Assembly (NCBI GenBank): GCA_030295235.1
Contig: AP026156.1
Span: 186,001-250,000, forward strand
Length of the DNA: 64,000 nucleotides
Reading direction: 5' to 3'
Source: Fistulifera solaris
Taxonomy: Eukaryota
Below, one piece after another: positions 1 to 12,510 of the stretch. The translations under genes and the position numbers were made by a program. The notes below the pieces were generated by a model. It was not told the origin of the DNA, made no database searches, and saw only the letters and a list, made by a program, of their open reading frames with translations. The stretch's first letter is position 1. Each line of letters begins with the position of its first letter.

Positions 1-176
1 CACCGACCATGTGGTTGCCACGACACGACATGAGAAAGGCCTTGTTGCTCGACGTCGTCGAGGGTCGCGTGAAGCTTGTAGATGAAGGTGTGTCCTTGCG
101 CATCGGAAGTCGCGCGATCCGGAGGAATCGCATTCGCGTGATCTTGATAATGGTGATGAATGATTCGTTTGGTCAT
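1..176 (-). CDS. Heat-shock-factor-type transcription factor, N-terminal part (runs off the window)
   Basis: Manual translation from ATG 176: MTKRIIHHHYQDHANA...FIYKLHATLDDVEQQGLSHVVSWQPHGR. This is the typical start of a diatom HSF DNA-binding domain (F..KLH..L...SW.PHGR). Not in the ORF track. Confidence 0.85.
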   Translation of the reverse strand, partial: MTKRIIHHHYQDHANAIPPDRATSDAQGHTFIYKLHATLDDVEQQGLSHVVSWQPHGR

Positions 177-1292
177 GCTGGAATGATTGAAAAGACAGAA
201 AGAGTGATGTCGATGTTGTCAAACACAATTCGACAAATGAATCTTTTGAGACAAAAAGAGCGTCGAGCGACGAAACGGCATGTTCCAAGATGATTTCGGA
301 GTATCTTCGCCATCTGCAAGTTCTAAACTACAGTGTACTTCAAGAACAATGGTACAGCAGGGAACAAAGAATTGCCGATGATATTCTTTGAAAGCGAATA
401 GGCCTTAGGAAACTTACAGTAACAAAATTCTTTGCACCTTCTGTTCCTTGGAACAGCAAAACATGGTTCCTTATTAAATGCTGACGTAACATGGGGCTAT
501 TGGATACTACTGTTAGTGAAACTTAGGTCAACAGATCAGTAAGCTTGCCATCTGCCAATCAGATTTCGTCGTAGGTCAGAATTCGTATTTCGTACCAAAG
601 TGCTGCTACGTGCTAGAGAGGTGCAATATTATTTGCAAAAGTTTGCCTCTTGCATTTATGCAAGCAAGCAAGCAAGTAGGCTCCATGGCTCCATTCTGCT
701 TTTTCTTCCTTATAGTTCACAGTTCACAGTTCACGCACAAGCTTCAAGCCATCTGGCGTCTCGCTTAGCGCTACATAGACAAACTAGACTAGACAGATTC
801 ATTTCGTACTATTTCCGTGTCCATGGCTACATCTTGATCTTGGCTCTTTCCTCATAACTTCGACGGTAACACTTCGCATTTGAAACGCAGAATTTCTTCC
901 TGGTGACTTGGAACTTTGTTATGGAATGACGGCATTTTTGGCCCCTCAAAGCTCAAAGCTCAAAGCCTTTTTATCTTGTCTCTAGTCTAGAGTTTCTAGT
1001 CTAGCCACAGCAGGAGGGAGGAGGGCTAAAACTAGTAAAGGCCTATAGCGATCATTGCCGGCGAGAACAGGCGTTTGACTCTGAATTACTCCGTCTCATT
1101 ACTTGTTCAACTTCACTCGGAGGGCCACGAACGCAAAGTTTTTTCCTTTTAATAAATGAAACAAAACACGTAGACTTGTTGATAATTAGAGCGTGAAAAG
1201 ACTGGCCAGAGCTTCTCTAGACTATCTAAGTAGAAAAATAACTAGGAAAATATAGACGAGAATAACACCTAACTATTTCATTTCTTGTTTAG

Positions 1293-3262
1293 TTAGAATG
1301 GAATCATGGTCTCTTCGTCAATATCCGGGTTGTCGAGTTTATCCATGGCCGACTTGATCATTTGACTATCCTTCGGATCCAAATCCATCGCCGCCAAGAA
1401 ACATTTCATGGCATCGTCCAATCGACCCAACCGTTTGTATACTTTTCCCAGACAAAAGTGCACCGTCGCTTCGCGGGGAGCCGCGTCCCGGACCTTTTCC
1501 AATTCGAGGGCGGCTTCTTGGGGCCGATGCAAGGCACTGTAAATCGTAGCGCGCTGAAAACGCGCCTGTGGATTCCCCGGATCCAGTCGACTCGCTTCCG
1601 CCAGCGTTTCCAGCGCCTGATACGCTTTGCCGTTGGCGTGTTGCGAAATGCCCCAATTGCACCGCAAGATACTGCTGGTCGGGTGTATTTGGCACGCTCG
1701 TTCAAAGTGATATTCGGCCAAATCGTACTTTTCTTGTCGATGATAGATGCAACCCAGTCCATACCAGGCATTGTAATGCCGTTCGTTGGTGCGAATCGCT
1801 TGACGGAAACACGCCATGGCGGGTTCAAAATCTTCATTGGCCATGTATTCGTAGCCACAAAGGGTGTGCGTGTAGGTGAAATCCGGATCCAGTTGCAACG
1901 AACGCTTAAAAAACGATAAAGCCGCCTCGTGGTCCTTTTGCAACGAAAAGCAATTCCCCACCACACACCAGGCTTGCGGGGATCGCTTGTCCCATGCCAC
2001 GACATGCTGCGCTAAACTCGCCAAGTCCACCTCTTTCTTCTGGTGCCAATAAACCGTCGACAACAACTCGAGTCCTTCCAGACGTCCCGGTTCCAAATGC
2101 TTCATGTGCTCCAAGCACCGCTGCGCGGCCGTGAATTCATTCAATTCCAAGTAGGCTTTCCCTTGTTGATGCAACACCCACGAGGTATTTTGATGCGACA
2201 GCGGTAACTGTTTGAAGGTATCCAAGCAAGCCTGACACTGATAATGACTCAACTCTTGGTACGCCTGACCCATGGTCGCTAATGTTTGCAATATCGTTTG
2301 GACATCCCCTTTTTCATCCTCCAGAAACAACGAACGGGGCTCGGCTTCCCCCAATCCTTGCAGATACCGCATCGACCGTGTGACGGTCGACAACGACGGC
2401 GTTTCGGGGGACGGAGGATAATACCCACGATTCGCTACCTGTCGGGCTCTCCGGAGTACGACCGTCGTGTGGCTGGGTGTTTCCTCCTCCATGGTGGTGG
2501 TGGTATTTTGATGAATGGGCGTCAATCCGGGTGACGGTGGTTGTAAGGGTGTTTTAGTGGCAGCAGCAGCAGTTGTAGTCTGAGAAACACCAAAGACGGT
2601 CGGAACATCGACCGTCACACCCAAATCCGTCAATGCCTGAAAACTGGACCATAAAAAAGGATCGAGTTGCAAGGACATTTGATAATATTGAATGGCCCGT
2701 TGCGTGCGATTGGATTTTCGGAAAATATCACCCAACAATGCCAAACCCGCGGCTCCATTGGGAATCGGACACGGCTATCATAGATTGACGAATCCAATGG
2801 GATGAGTTCCGTGTTGGTAAAGACGACTTTTAACTAGAAGTTCTGACGTACCGTCGTTTGTAATATCCATTCTTCGAACGTATGGCCCTGCGATGATGAT
2901 GATTGTTGTTGTTTGAATTGATGACGACAATCGTGCAAGAGTGCGTCTTCGGCACGCGCATATTCTTTGAGCTCGTAAGAACACTGCGCCGACAAGTACA
3001 GTAGTTGCGGAGTAAGATGGGCCGCCTTGCTCAACAAATGCTGCGCCCGGGACAGTTGACCGGCCCGATAGTAAGCAAAACACAACCAATAGAGGGCCGT
3101 CGCGTCGGTCGGAAATTCCGCCACACACCGTTCCGCCAAGAAGATCGCATTGTCGAGTCGAAAGACATTCATGTACTGTTGGATTAACGACAAATACTGC
3201 GATAAATGATGCGGCGTGGTTGTTTTGGGTTGTGGTCGAGTCGTCTCGAACGGAGCGCCCAT
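1293..3262 (-). CDS. CDC27: Anaphase-promoting complex subunit 3 (CDC27), TPR protein; 2 exons, intron ~2775-2851
   Basis: N-terminal 'DNAIFLAER' and TPR motifs 'SPQAWCVVGNCFSLQKDHE', 'YTHTLCGYEY', 'RHYNAWYGLG'. A GTACGT...AG intron joins the two ORFs in frame. Confidence 0.93.
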
Positions 3263-3754
3263 TGTTGTGACAGTAGCTTTAGGACTTGATAATATTAGCG
3301 ACTACGACGGTTGAATTAGTTGATTCAGTGCTTGACACAGCAATGGGGAGAACGAATAATCAATAATAAGTACAAAAAGTATACGACCTTTTTATTTCTC
3401 TCTTATTTTTTCTTGTGCTCCTTCGACGAGGACGATGGCCATGGTCATCGTGCACCGCGCAGCGCCGGATGGGCGGCTGCTTTTGACTCTACCGTATTAA
3501 ATAAGTAGCGCCGGAACAGCAACGGTTCAATTCTCTCTCTATAACAGAACCCTGTGCGACGAGTTAGATACCGCAACGGACTTTGTCGCCGTAGTCAACC
3601 AACAGCAACGGTCAAATTTGTACACTTTTACAGACAGTCCATGGAAACGGTTCGCGACATGCAGGCGGCGATCGCGCAACAACATAAACAACAACAACAC
3701 AACAAAAAGGTTCATCCACAACAAATACCTCTTGATCCGTTCTTCCTTTCGAAC

Positions 3755-5219
3755 ATGATACGATATTCTTTGTTACTTCTCTTATTACTGCTGTCAGCTC
3801 CCGGTCAGGCCGTTCCGGCCAAAGAAGCCGTCTATAAACCGGGCGAAATTCCGAATCAACCCGTCCGCATCAACAAGGAGAATTTTGATGCGATGTTGCA
3901 AGATAAAACGAATCCGTTGTGGTTGTTGAAATTTTATGCGCCATGGTAAGTTGAGTAGTATTAGTGTCTTTTTGTTCACGCTTCAGATTCTCACACTTCC
4001 TTCACAAAGGTGCGGACACTGCAAACGACTCGCCCCTGTCTTGACGAAAGTCGCCCAACAAACCGAAGGTCAAATGGCCATTGGTAAAATTGATTGTACT
4101 TCGACGGGAGCGCCCTTGTGCAAACAATATGATGTGAAAGGATATCCGACGCTCATGTTTGCGTTGGATGGTGAAGTCCAAGATTTTCCGTACGGACGGA
4201 GTGCCGAAGAATTGGTGGCCTTCTCGAAAAAAATGAATACACTGACGGTCGACGTCGTAGCATCGCAACAGGATGCCGATCAATATGCGCGGACTCAAAC
4301 ATCGAATGGAATTGTGTTTGTGGCGTACGATCCGGCGTCTTCTGCAGCTGCAGACATTCCAGCGAAATTGAATACGAGTCCCTTTTTGCAATCCTATGCG
4401 ACCGTCGCACGGAAAGAACAAGCGTTTGCGCACTTTTTGCTCTTGGAACCGTCTCTATTAGAAAGTGAAGAAGGACTACGCGTCGATCCCGCCGCCTTTG
4501 GTGACTTTCCGTCGTCGTCGTTTGTGTGTCGTCGAGAAGTAGGAGTTCCGACGCGGTGTCGGCCGGCCGATGCCGATTTGCGAGCGTGGGTCCGCGCCAA
4601 CAACATTCCCACGGTCAATGATTTGGGACCGACCAATTTTTACAGCATTGGACACAAAGGACGTCCGTTGGTGATTGGTGTGTATCATCCCGAAGTCGAA
4701 CTCGCGAGTGGCAAAGATCCAGAAACCGATATCAAGGAGAAGCTGTTGGAATTTGCCATTTCGAATCATCCATTGGCGGCCGACTACTACTTTGGGTACA
4801 TGAATGGTCACAAGTGGACTTCGTTTTTGGAGCAATTCAATGTCATGGGTGGACCGCAAGTCTTTGTGTTGGATGTTCCCACCAAGATGTACTGGCAAGA
4901 CGAGAAATTGGGATACGATTTGGACATTGCCGGACTACTAGAGGCCAAAGCCAGTGGGGCCGTGCCCGGATTGTCGGCCCGACGCAAAGGGGTCGATGGA
5001 ATCAAAGATATGGTGGCCGATTGGGTCGAAAATAATCTCATGGCAGCTTCTGTCATTACATTGGTGTTTCTGTTGGTGCTATATGTATCGTTGGCGTATT
5101 GGGCGTCTTCGGAAGATGTTCCCGTGAGTGCAGAAGAAGCCTTGTTGGCGGCTGAACAAGAAGCTAAGGAAGAAGCTGCTGCACAGCTTCAAGAAGAGGA
5201 ATCGAAGAAAGACAAGTAA
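3755..5219 (+). CDS. ER membrane thioredoxin/PDI-family protein (TMX3-like); intron ~3946-4009
   Basis: Signal peptide MIRYSLLLLLLLLSAPGQA; FYAPW|CGHC active site split by the intron; C-terminal TM helix and dilysine end KKDK. Confidence 0.88.
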
Positions 5220-5273
5220 ATGAATTTATATTTATATGGTTAAGGCATCTATTGGTTTTGTACTTTATTTTTG

Positions 5274-6482
5274 TTATGGAAGGACAAAGACGTGAGCGGT
5301 CTGGTCTTTATCAAAGCATCGAAAATCTTGTTTCCCTCGACCTTTCATTTTGTCGGAAACGGCCAAGAGCGTATATTCGTTCATCCAGTGAATTCCTTCA
5401 ATGTTGCAGTAAATTGTTTGGCACTCGTGATCTTTGGGAAAATCGTACACCGTCCCTTCGTCGACGTCAAATTCAATGGCATCAATGTCCCATAATCTGC
5501 CTTCCACGAGTCCTTTGAGACGACCGATCCACACTTGACTCTCTTCCTGAGAAGTAATGGCGACTCGATCCCCCAATATACTAATGGCGGAGTAATCGTG
5601 AAAGGCGGCACTCGGCGGGACGTCAATAATACGGAGCGTCGTCCACACGGTGCCATTCGATTTCATGGCCACCAGTTTGCCGTTTCCGACATCGTCTTTC
5701 AATTCTTCGGAACAGTGATTGGCTTCACAGAGTGCCAATATCACCAGAGCTTCATTATCACTGTGATCGTGAATCGCAATGGCCCCTTCGAATCCTTTCG
5801 AGTCCCCTTCAAATTCAAATTCGGTCATTTGTTTCTTCACGACACTGTATTGTTGATCTTGTACGAGCAATTGTTCAATTTCAGCATGAAAGGATTTATC
5901 ACGTTGTCGAATGGATTCACGAACGACATAAAAGAACCCCGCATCATAAAACAACGCTTCGTATCCCGACTCGTCTTTGTGTTTCTTGTGCACTTTGGTG
6001 CTCACAATTTGTACATTGTCCGGACTGAAGGGTTGTAAATCGGTTCGAAATTTCGACAACGACCAGGAACTGTCACAGACGGCGTAGGCGGAGTCGTCAT
6101 GAATCACGACCGACGATGCTTCGAATTTGGTTTGTCCTAACGTATCCGCAAACAAGGCAATGAACGGTAATTCGTACGCGAGTTGCAAGGTGCGTTCACT
6201 GTACGTTCCTTTTTCACACGCCAAATGAATCGGTTCGATCTTTTTGTCACTCTTTTTTGTTGCTTTGACGTGCTGTTTCGTCTCCTTTTTGTTTCGTTTT
6301 TCATTACTGTGATGGGAAACACCTTCCATCGGTATTATGCTTTCTAATTTTCCTTCATTGCCCATCTTTGCCAACAGTGCGAACAGGACCAAGGCCGCCA
6401 ACAATTGCCATACGCACAAGAGCCGTGGTGGATGATGTCGTGATCGAGTTGTGTCGATCAATTGCGATGTTTCTTCCGGCAT
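5274..6482 (-). CDS. Hypothetical type II membrane/secreted protein, probable beta-propeller
   Basis: 402-aa uninterrupted ORF with an N-terminal hydrophobic helix and repeated E-[AG]-hydrophobic motifs (FEASSV, GYEALF, GFEGAI, NIEGIH). Confidence 0.7.
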   Translation of the reverse strand: MPEETSQLIDTTRSRHHPPRLLCVWQLLAALVLFALLAKMGNEGKLESIIPMEGVSHHSNEKRNKKETKQHVKATKKSDKKIEPIHLACEKGTYSERTLQLAYELPFIALFADTLGQTKFEASSVVIHDDSAYAVCDSSWSLSKFRTDLQPFSPDNVQIVSTKVHKKHKDESGYEALFYDAGFFYVVRESIRQRDKSFHAEIEQLLVQDQQYSVVKKQMTEFEFEGDSKGFEGAIAIHDHSDNEALVILALCEANHCSEELKDDVGNGKLVAMKSNGTVWTTLRIIDVPPSAAFHDYSAISILGDRVAITSQEESQVWIGRLKGLVEGRLWDIDAIEFDVDEGTVYDFPKDHECQTIYCNIEGIHWMNEYTLLAVSDKMKGRGKQDFRCFDKDQTAHVFVLP

Positions 6483-7067
6483 TCTCTCGCTTTTATTGCC
6501 TTTCTATCTCTTCTTCTCCCTATTTATAGATTAAGTGAAGAACGACAAGATCCTAGATTGCCGTTCACTTGTCATTAGCGCTTGTTTTGTCATCGAAATC
6601 GAACTTCGAGAGACCAAAACCAAAATCGTCTCGCGTCCGTTCGCAAAAAAACATCATCATGACCATCATCCTAGCTCGTTTTTCATTCATCATTCGCATC
6701 GCTACCCAGTAGTGTAAGTGAAATAACTCATTAAATAGGTCTATGAGTCACACCAGTTTCCCTAGGAGTTGGGCAACGCACTATAATTACGTAGTACTGG
6801 TACTTTGTACATTGTAGTGTTGAATGTACAATAAATTTTCATGATGACGTCATGCCATCTGGCGTCTCTCGCACCAAAACGAAACAGATTTGAGAAGAAA
6901 GTGTCACTACTCTTTGTCAAGGAGAAGGTTTCCGTTCGTCTATGTAAAACGAGATTGCTTCCTCGCCAAATAGGGAACGGGCGAGCGAGCAAAGAACACA
7001 ATCAAAAAATGCAAATCTCACAAAAAAATAACATTTCGTCCCTTGTGTTGGAAACAAATCAATCAAC

Positions 7068-7375
7068 ATGTCCAAGAATATCATCTTTTCCATCTTGTGG
7101 ATGACCGTGCTCTTTTTCATTGCCTGGCCGATTGCTATCTTTTGTTCCTGGTTTTGGATCGTCTTGCAGGTACGTTCGTTCAGTCTCTACAGGGAATCTT
7201 TTAAGTGTGAGAGTCTAGCATCTCATTCTTTGTTCTTCTTTTTCCACAGCCCTTCGAAGCATGCTTCGGATTCGTAAAACCGATCAACGACTTGCTCGAA
7301 AAGTTACTCACCTGGCCGCGTGAGTTGGGACAAGCCGTGATGGAATGCAAAGAATCGTTCCCGAATCCTTTTTAA
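7068..7375 (+). CDS. Small (75 aa) hydrophobic membrane protein; intron 7170-7249
   Basis: Removing GTACGT...CACAG gives MSKNIIFSILWMTVLFFIAWPIAIFCSWFWIVLQPFEACFGFVKPINDLLEKLLTWPRELGQAVMECKESFPNPF*. Confidence 0.75.
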
Positions 7376-7490
7376 CAAGGAACACTCGTGATGTATCTTG
7401 TATTTGTATTCATGGTGAAGGAATAGCGACAATCATTTGTGAAAATATAAACAACTAAAAACGCATGATTAATGTAAAACTCCCAGATGT

Positions 7491-9650
7491 CTACTCCCAA
7501 AAAAATGAAGGAAAGGAATCATCTTCGTATCCTTCCAACATACACCGAATGGCAGCATTCTCGTCGACTGTCAATAGTAAGCTGCCAGTGCCATTCATTC
7601 GAGCAAAGTGTTCTAGTAAGCCTTCCGTCCATTTCACACCGCTGCGTTGTTTCGTTTCGTCACCCTTGTCAATCATTTGTTCGTACCAAGCCTTGGCTCG
7701 AGGCCATTCCTCCACTTGTACATCGGCGGCGCTAGAGCAATACGAACGTCGTGCATAGGCCAAAGCCCGGGATAAGCCACCCAACTCGTCGACCAAGCCA
7801 TTGGCTTTCGCTTGCTCTCCCGTCCAGACGCGACCCTTGGCTAGTTTCTCAATTTCCGTTAAAGGTAAATGCCGTCCCTCTGCACATATCTCTTTGAATT
7901 GTCCATACATGCGATCCACCAGCCTCACAATCTCTTTCTTCATTTTACGCGTCAACGGGTGGAATGGACTGAATGTAGCAGCCAATTCGCTGGAAGTGAC
8001 ATGCTCGACATTGACTTGGTATTGCTTCGCCAATTGCGTCAGGTCGGGTCGAATGGCAAAGACACCGATGGATCCTGTGATCGTTTTTTGCTGCGCAAAG
8101 ATGCGGTTGGCGTGAGCGGCAACGTAATAGCCGCCACTGGCTGCGACATTTCCGAAGGAGACCACGAGCGGTAAACCATCCAATTCGCGACGGATCGATT
8201 CACAGGCTGTGACACTGCCACCAGGGCTATTCACGCGCAGCACAATGCATTTCACAGAATTATCCTGTTTAATTTGCCGGATACAGTGTACCAAGGGTCG
8301 AGAATCCGTAATGCCCCCGTTTGCGTACAAAAGTGCAATTTTCTCCGACGCGACATCGTTCGTCGCTCCGAGAAGAGGTCGTAGCCATTCCATTTTCTGA
8401 ATCAACGCATCGAATTGTCGCCTACGAGCAGCTTGCTGTTCCTTCTTTTCATCTTATTCACGTACTTTTGAATCGAAATGGTCTTCTCGGCTGTAAAGCG
8501 GTCAAAGTCGGTCTCATGGTGGCCCCACTTCGATTTGATCTCTTCCTTCTTCTTTTCGTCCGACGTATTATTCCACGCCAACAAGTCCGGCAAGGGATCT
8601 TTCCAGGGTAAGAAATCCACCAGCCCCGTCTTCCATGCCGTTTGAGCGGGAAAGATACCCGACTCTTGAATTTGTTTCCACAAATCGATCCGTTTCTTCG
8701 TGTTTTTGTGCAACCACGACGTCAACAAGGCTTGCGATCGGGACCTTGTAATTTCGTCACACTGACTCGCATTGATGGTTTGTAACAGCTCCGTCACATT
8801 TTCCCGATGCGGACGCGTGAACGATGATTCCGTAAACATATTGGGGGCATTCTTGTATTCTCCGTGCTTGAAGACATGCAGTTGGATGCCGTATCTTTGC
8901 AAGAAATCACGTAAAAAGTATTGCGGTGAAACCAAACCAAAGAGAGCAAGCTCTCCCTGTCGCTGTAAGTGAATATGGGTAAAGATGGAAGCCACATAGT
9001 ATTCCTTGTTGGAAGGCTCCATCATCGTAGGGGCGTAACAATACAAGGGCTTACTTTCAATTCGGGGAATGACTTGCACTTCGTGCGCCACGTTGGGTTC
9101 AGCGTGCCGACGATGCGATTCTCGAAATACTCTGGTAGGAGAGAAAGGTATGACATCATTGATTGAGTAAATAATCATTTTTAAAAGACAAATAGAAAGC
9201 ATTCTCATGTTTCTCAACACACAAGACGTACCGTAATGCGTTCCGAACTTCTTCCAAATCACTCCATCCCGCGGTTGGCATATTCCCAAAGGTCCCATAC
9301 AAGGCGACGACATTCGGATCGGCGGCGGCGGTGTGAATCGCATCGACGACTTCTCGTACGGTCATGACGAGCGGGCGCTGTGCGGAAGCATCATCTTTCA
9401 CTAAAGCGCTGAAGAATTGATTTTTGGGATCTTTTTGCTCGACTAACTTCAAACGATCGAACGGAATATACAATACTTGCTTCTTCTTTTCATTTTCTTC
9501 CTTCGTTTGTTCTTGATACACCAGATAAAGACCAACAGCGGTTGTGACAGCACCCACAGAGGCGAGTGATGTCTTTAACGAACGTCCAGCTCTTTGAAAG
9601 GCTCGGGACAGCCAGCGCCTATTCTCTGGCGGCAATGGCGTGTCTGTCAT
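7491..9650 (-). CDS. SPPA: Signal peptide peptidase SppA (peptidase S49, long two-domain form); intron ~9133-9231, 1-nt frameshift near 8445
   Basis: Motifs 'VLRVNSPGGS', 'VSFGNVAASGGYY', 'TITGSIGV', 'GRVWTGEQAKANGLVDELGG', 'GEYKNA'; N-terminal TM segment. Confidence 0.9.
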
Positions 9651-9931
9651 GCTCCTTTGTAACTTAGTTGATGACAATGAAGAACGCAGAATCAGGAATA
9701 AATAGCAAAAGGTGCTTTTCTTACAAAGCGAAATTTCGTAAAGGAGACGGAATTTTTTCCCTTGTTTTTCCCATCGTCGTCGTTCTCACAGTCTTGCATT
9801 CCACGTCAACGACGACAATAACCGTCGCGCGCCTACCGGTCACTATGTTTACTGTGGAATCGACTGTTCAGACAATCCGTGGCTAAATGAGAACGACGCG
9901 ACTCATCTACATCTCGGGAAAGAGGAACGAA

Positions 9932-12510
9932 CTAAAATAATAAACATCGACAACAACGACAAACTGAGGATGAGTAGTGCGTAGAATGCAATGAATCCCC
10001 CCTCAAGCCACCTCTTTGTATGAAAATCTTGTGTTCGTTTTTATAGTAAATTCCATGTTTATAACTTTTTAACTTTCTCCTTTTTTTGATCGGCCCTGTG
10101 AACTCATCACTGTCGCTCATACAGACGCCGACCTCGTCCAAATCATCCTCGTCCACATCATCCTCATCCGTTCGAGCGCGTTTTGCGTCTGGTTCATCTG
10201 GCTCCACGCCAAGCTCACGAAGCTCCTCTTTCACCTTCTCCAAAGCCTTAAAGTCTTGTTCGTACTTACACGAAGACGTTGTAGTAATCTCTTGTCTTGG
10301 TCACAACAACCCCGGCATCATCACCGTCCCCTTCAGCTACAATTTTAGCACTAAATCCTTTCTGCAGTAAATTCTCGGTAAAGTAGTATTTTGGCCCATA
10401 CGATTCCAGCTTTCGGGCAGTGTGGATTCCCCCGCCAGTGACAACTTTGGTCGGGCCTTCTTGATCACTTCGCAGAAAATCATTGAGGGCGGAATTGGAT
10501 GTATTCGCCGCCGGCATGCTCCACGAAAATTCCGGTTTCCCGCCACGGACTTCTGGCCCTAGCTCGCGTTTGCGTTCTTGAAGAGAAGCAATTTGCAACG
10601 ACTTCCAACGATCGTTAACCAGCTTCCTGAATGCCTCCTCAGCCTCGGTAGATGAGGACGTGTCACCGCTTTTGAGTTGCTGTAGAAGTTGGGTAAGTAT
10701 AGCCAAAGAAGCCTTTAGCACCCATTCCCGTAACGATTGGAAATGACTAGGCTTTCCACGCCCTGAACAAGAAGCTAACAATTTCTTTGTTCTCCCAAAA
10801 TGACTCCCTTTGACCCTTCACTATTGAAGTAACATAATCAGTAATAACGTTACTGAACAAGTCATCCAGATTCCCATTGTGTTCGACAGATTCAATCTCA
10901 TGCAAGAGGCTCACTTGTTTGTAAAGATAGTATGAATTTGTATTGAGGGGAAAGGGAAAAGATGATTCGAAGATCGATAGGATGGGCTTCGTATGGGCAT
11001 TCCATCCATGCTCTTTCACCACAGATGTAAATATAGCAGCATCCTCTAGCGTAGGAACAGCTTTCTTGTCCACGCAGCTCAATACAAAATCAAAAAACTG
11101 CCACATATCCAGTTTGGAATGTGCGTGCAAAGGATACAGTTTGGCAAAGTCGGCATAGCTAATGGTGGACTTGTTATCCTTCATGAATTGGAGCAAGAGA
11201 GGGAGCTGCTGTGGCTTGTGGGCCACTTCAGTCACACCGTCGTGTATGTTGGCACGAAAAATGCGCTCCAACACACCGGGCGGTCGTGAATGCCACCAGC
11301 ATCCAAGCTATGTTAGTAACTTCACGCGTTGCCCCTTCATCACAATTATACTCTAGCGCGCCCTTCGACTTTTCTTCCCACATAACCTTATGGAATCCTG
11401 AGAAGCCAGTAGCATGCCACCGTCCTTGACCAGGGAGAACTCGAACTGATTTTTAATCCAATTTTTATGAACATTAGCGTCTGATCCGTCCGGCGTAGAA
11501 AAGATTTTTTAAAATAGGGGTTGCCTTTTTTTGTTCTATCGACGTAAAAGTCATAACGATTCCATTCATCGTTATCGGAGTCCTCAAAACCGTACTCTTC
11601 ATCCATGCGCTCAAGCTGTGCAATTACCATTTTCCAGCCCTTGACACGGACGAGGGCTCTAGCACAGGACCTATCCCTCCATTTCAAGGCTTCAATGCCC
11701 ACTTTGAACAGGGATTTTCTTGTGTATCAGTGATCCATGGGAATAGCGAACAACGCCTTGTCGCGCGGCAATTGTTCAATTGTCTTTACCACATGACCGA
11801 TGGCGGTTTCCAGAGCATATGCGGACGGTGTTTTGGTATTCTTCCCCTTAAAACACAGGGGAGTAGACGAGCGTCAAGCGATAACCCGATGTCACCGGTA
11901 AAATTTCGTGCTCGCGGTCGGCGTAATGTACCACGTAGTGGCAAGCGTGGGGAGCGGTGGCCGCATCCAGCTTAAATGCTTGACTCTCGCTGCCGCCATA
12001 GGAATAAACTACAAACGATCCTCCTTCAAAAATACTAGGGAGTTGAACGACTAGCGTGGCAAACACACCGTCTTCCTTCTTGGTAACTCAGTTCTTCTTG
12101 AAGAAACCTCCAGGTTCGTGAAGTAATAGCTTGCACAACTGGGCTTGCACCAGCATCGGATCGCCCAATTTAGTGACCGCATCTTTCACCAAAATCTCCA
12201 GAAACTTGCCCCAGTCGGGGTTTCCAAGCGAAATTTTATCCGCATTAATCTGCAATGTTCGGGTCCCTTTGCCGTGCGAGGCTTGTTGAGCGACAGTTTT
12301 TAACGCTGTAGCCGTCGTTTTCATGACGGGCAACGAAACAACACCGACTCCTTTAACAGTCAAACCAGGAAGATTGGGAAGAAAAGAAGCGTCTCCCCCG
12401 GCACAAGTTGAACTGGGAATTCGTATACCATCGAGAGATTCAAAAACATTTTGGAGTGTCATAGGTTGTTGTTTCTTATCCTTTCCTTTATCATTTCCTT
12501 TGACTCTCAT
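9932..12510 (-). pseudogene. 2OG-Fe(II) oxygenase array unit A (degenerate)
   Basis: Colinear with units B-D, but KKHRDTEKE reads KKN*VTKKE (in-frame TGA at ~12088-12090) and the ETIVDRxVRD segment is deleted. Several frameshifts; 3' end uncertain. Confidence 0.7.

Noticed and set aside
9..293. 94-aa plus-strand ORF
   Set aside because: Shadow of the minus-strand HSF gene.
712..1005. (AGTTCAC)3, (CAAAGCT)3 and CTAG-rich palindromes
   Set aside because: Short simple repeats; no TIR/TSD pair found.
8402..8460. Programmed frameshift or pseudogene in SppA (also COG6 and mannitol dehydrogenase)
   Set aside because: Single-base losses, often in homopolymers, recur across the window and are best explained by sequencing error.
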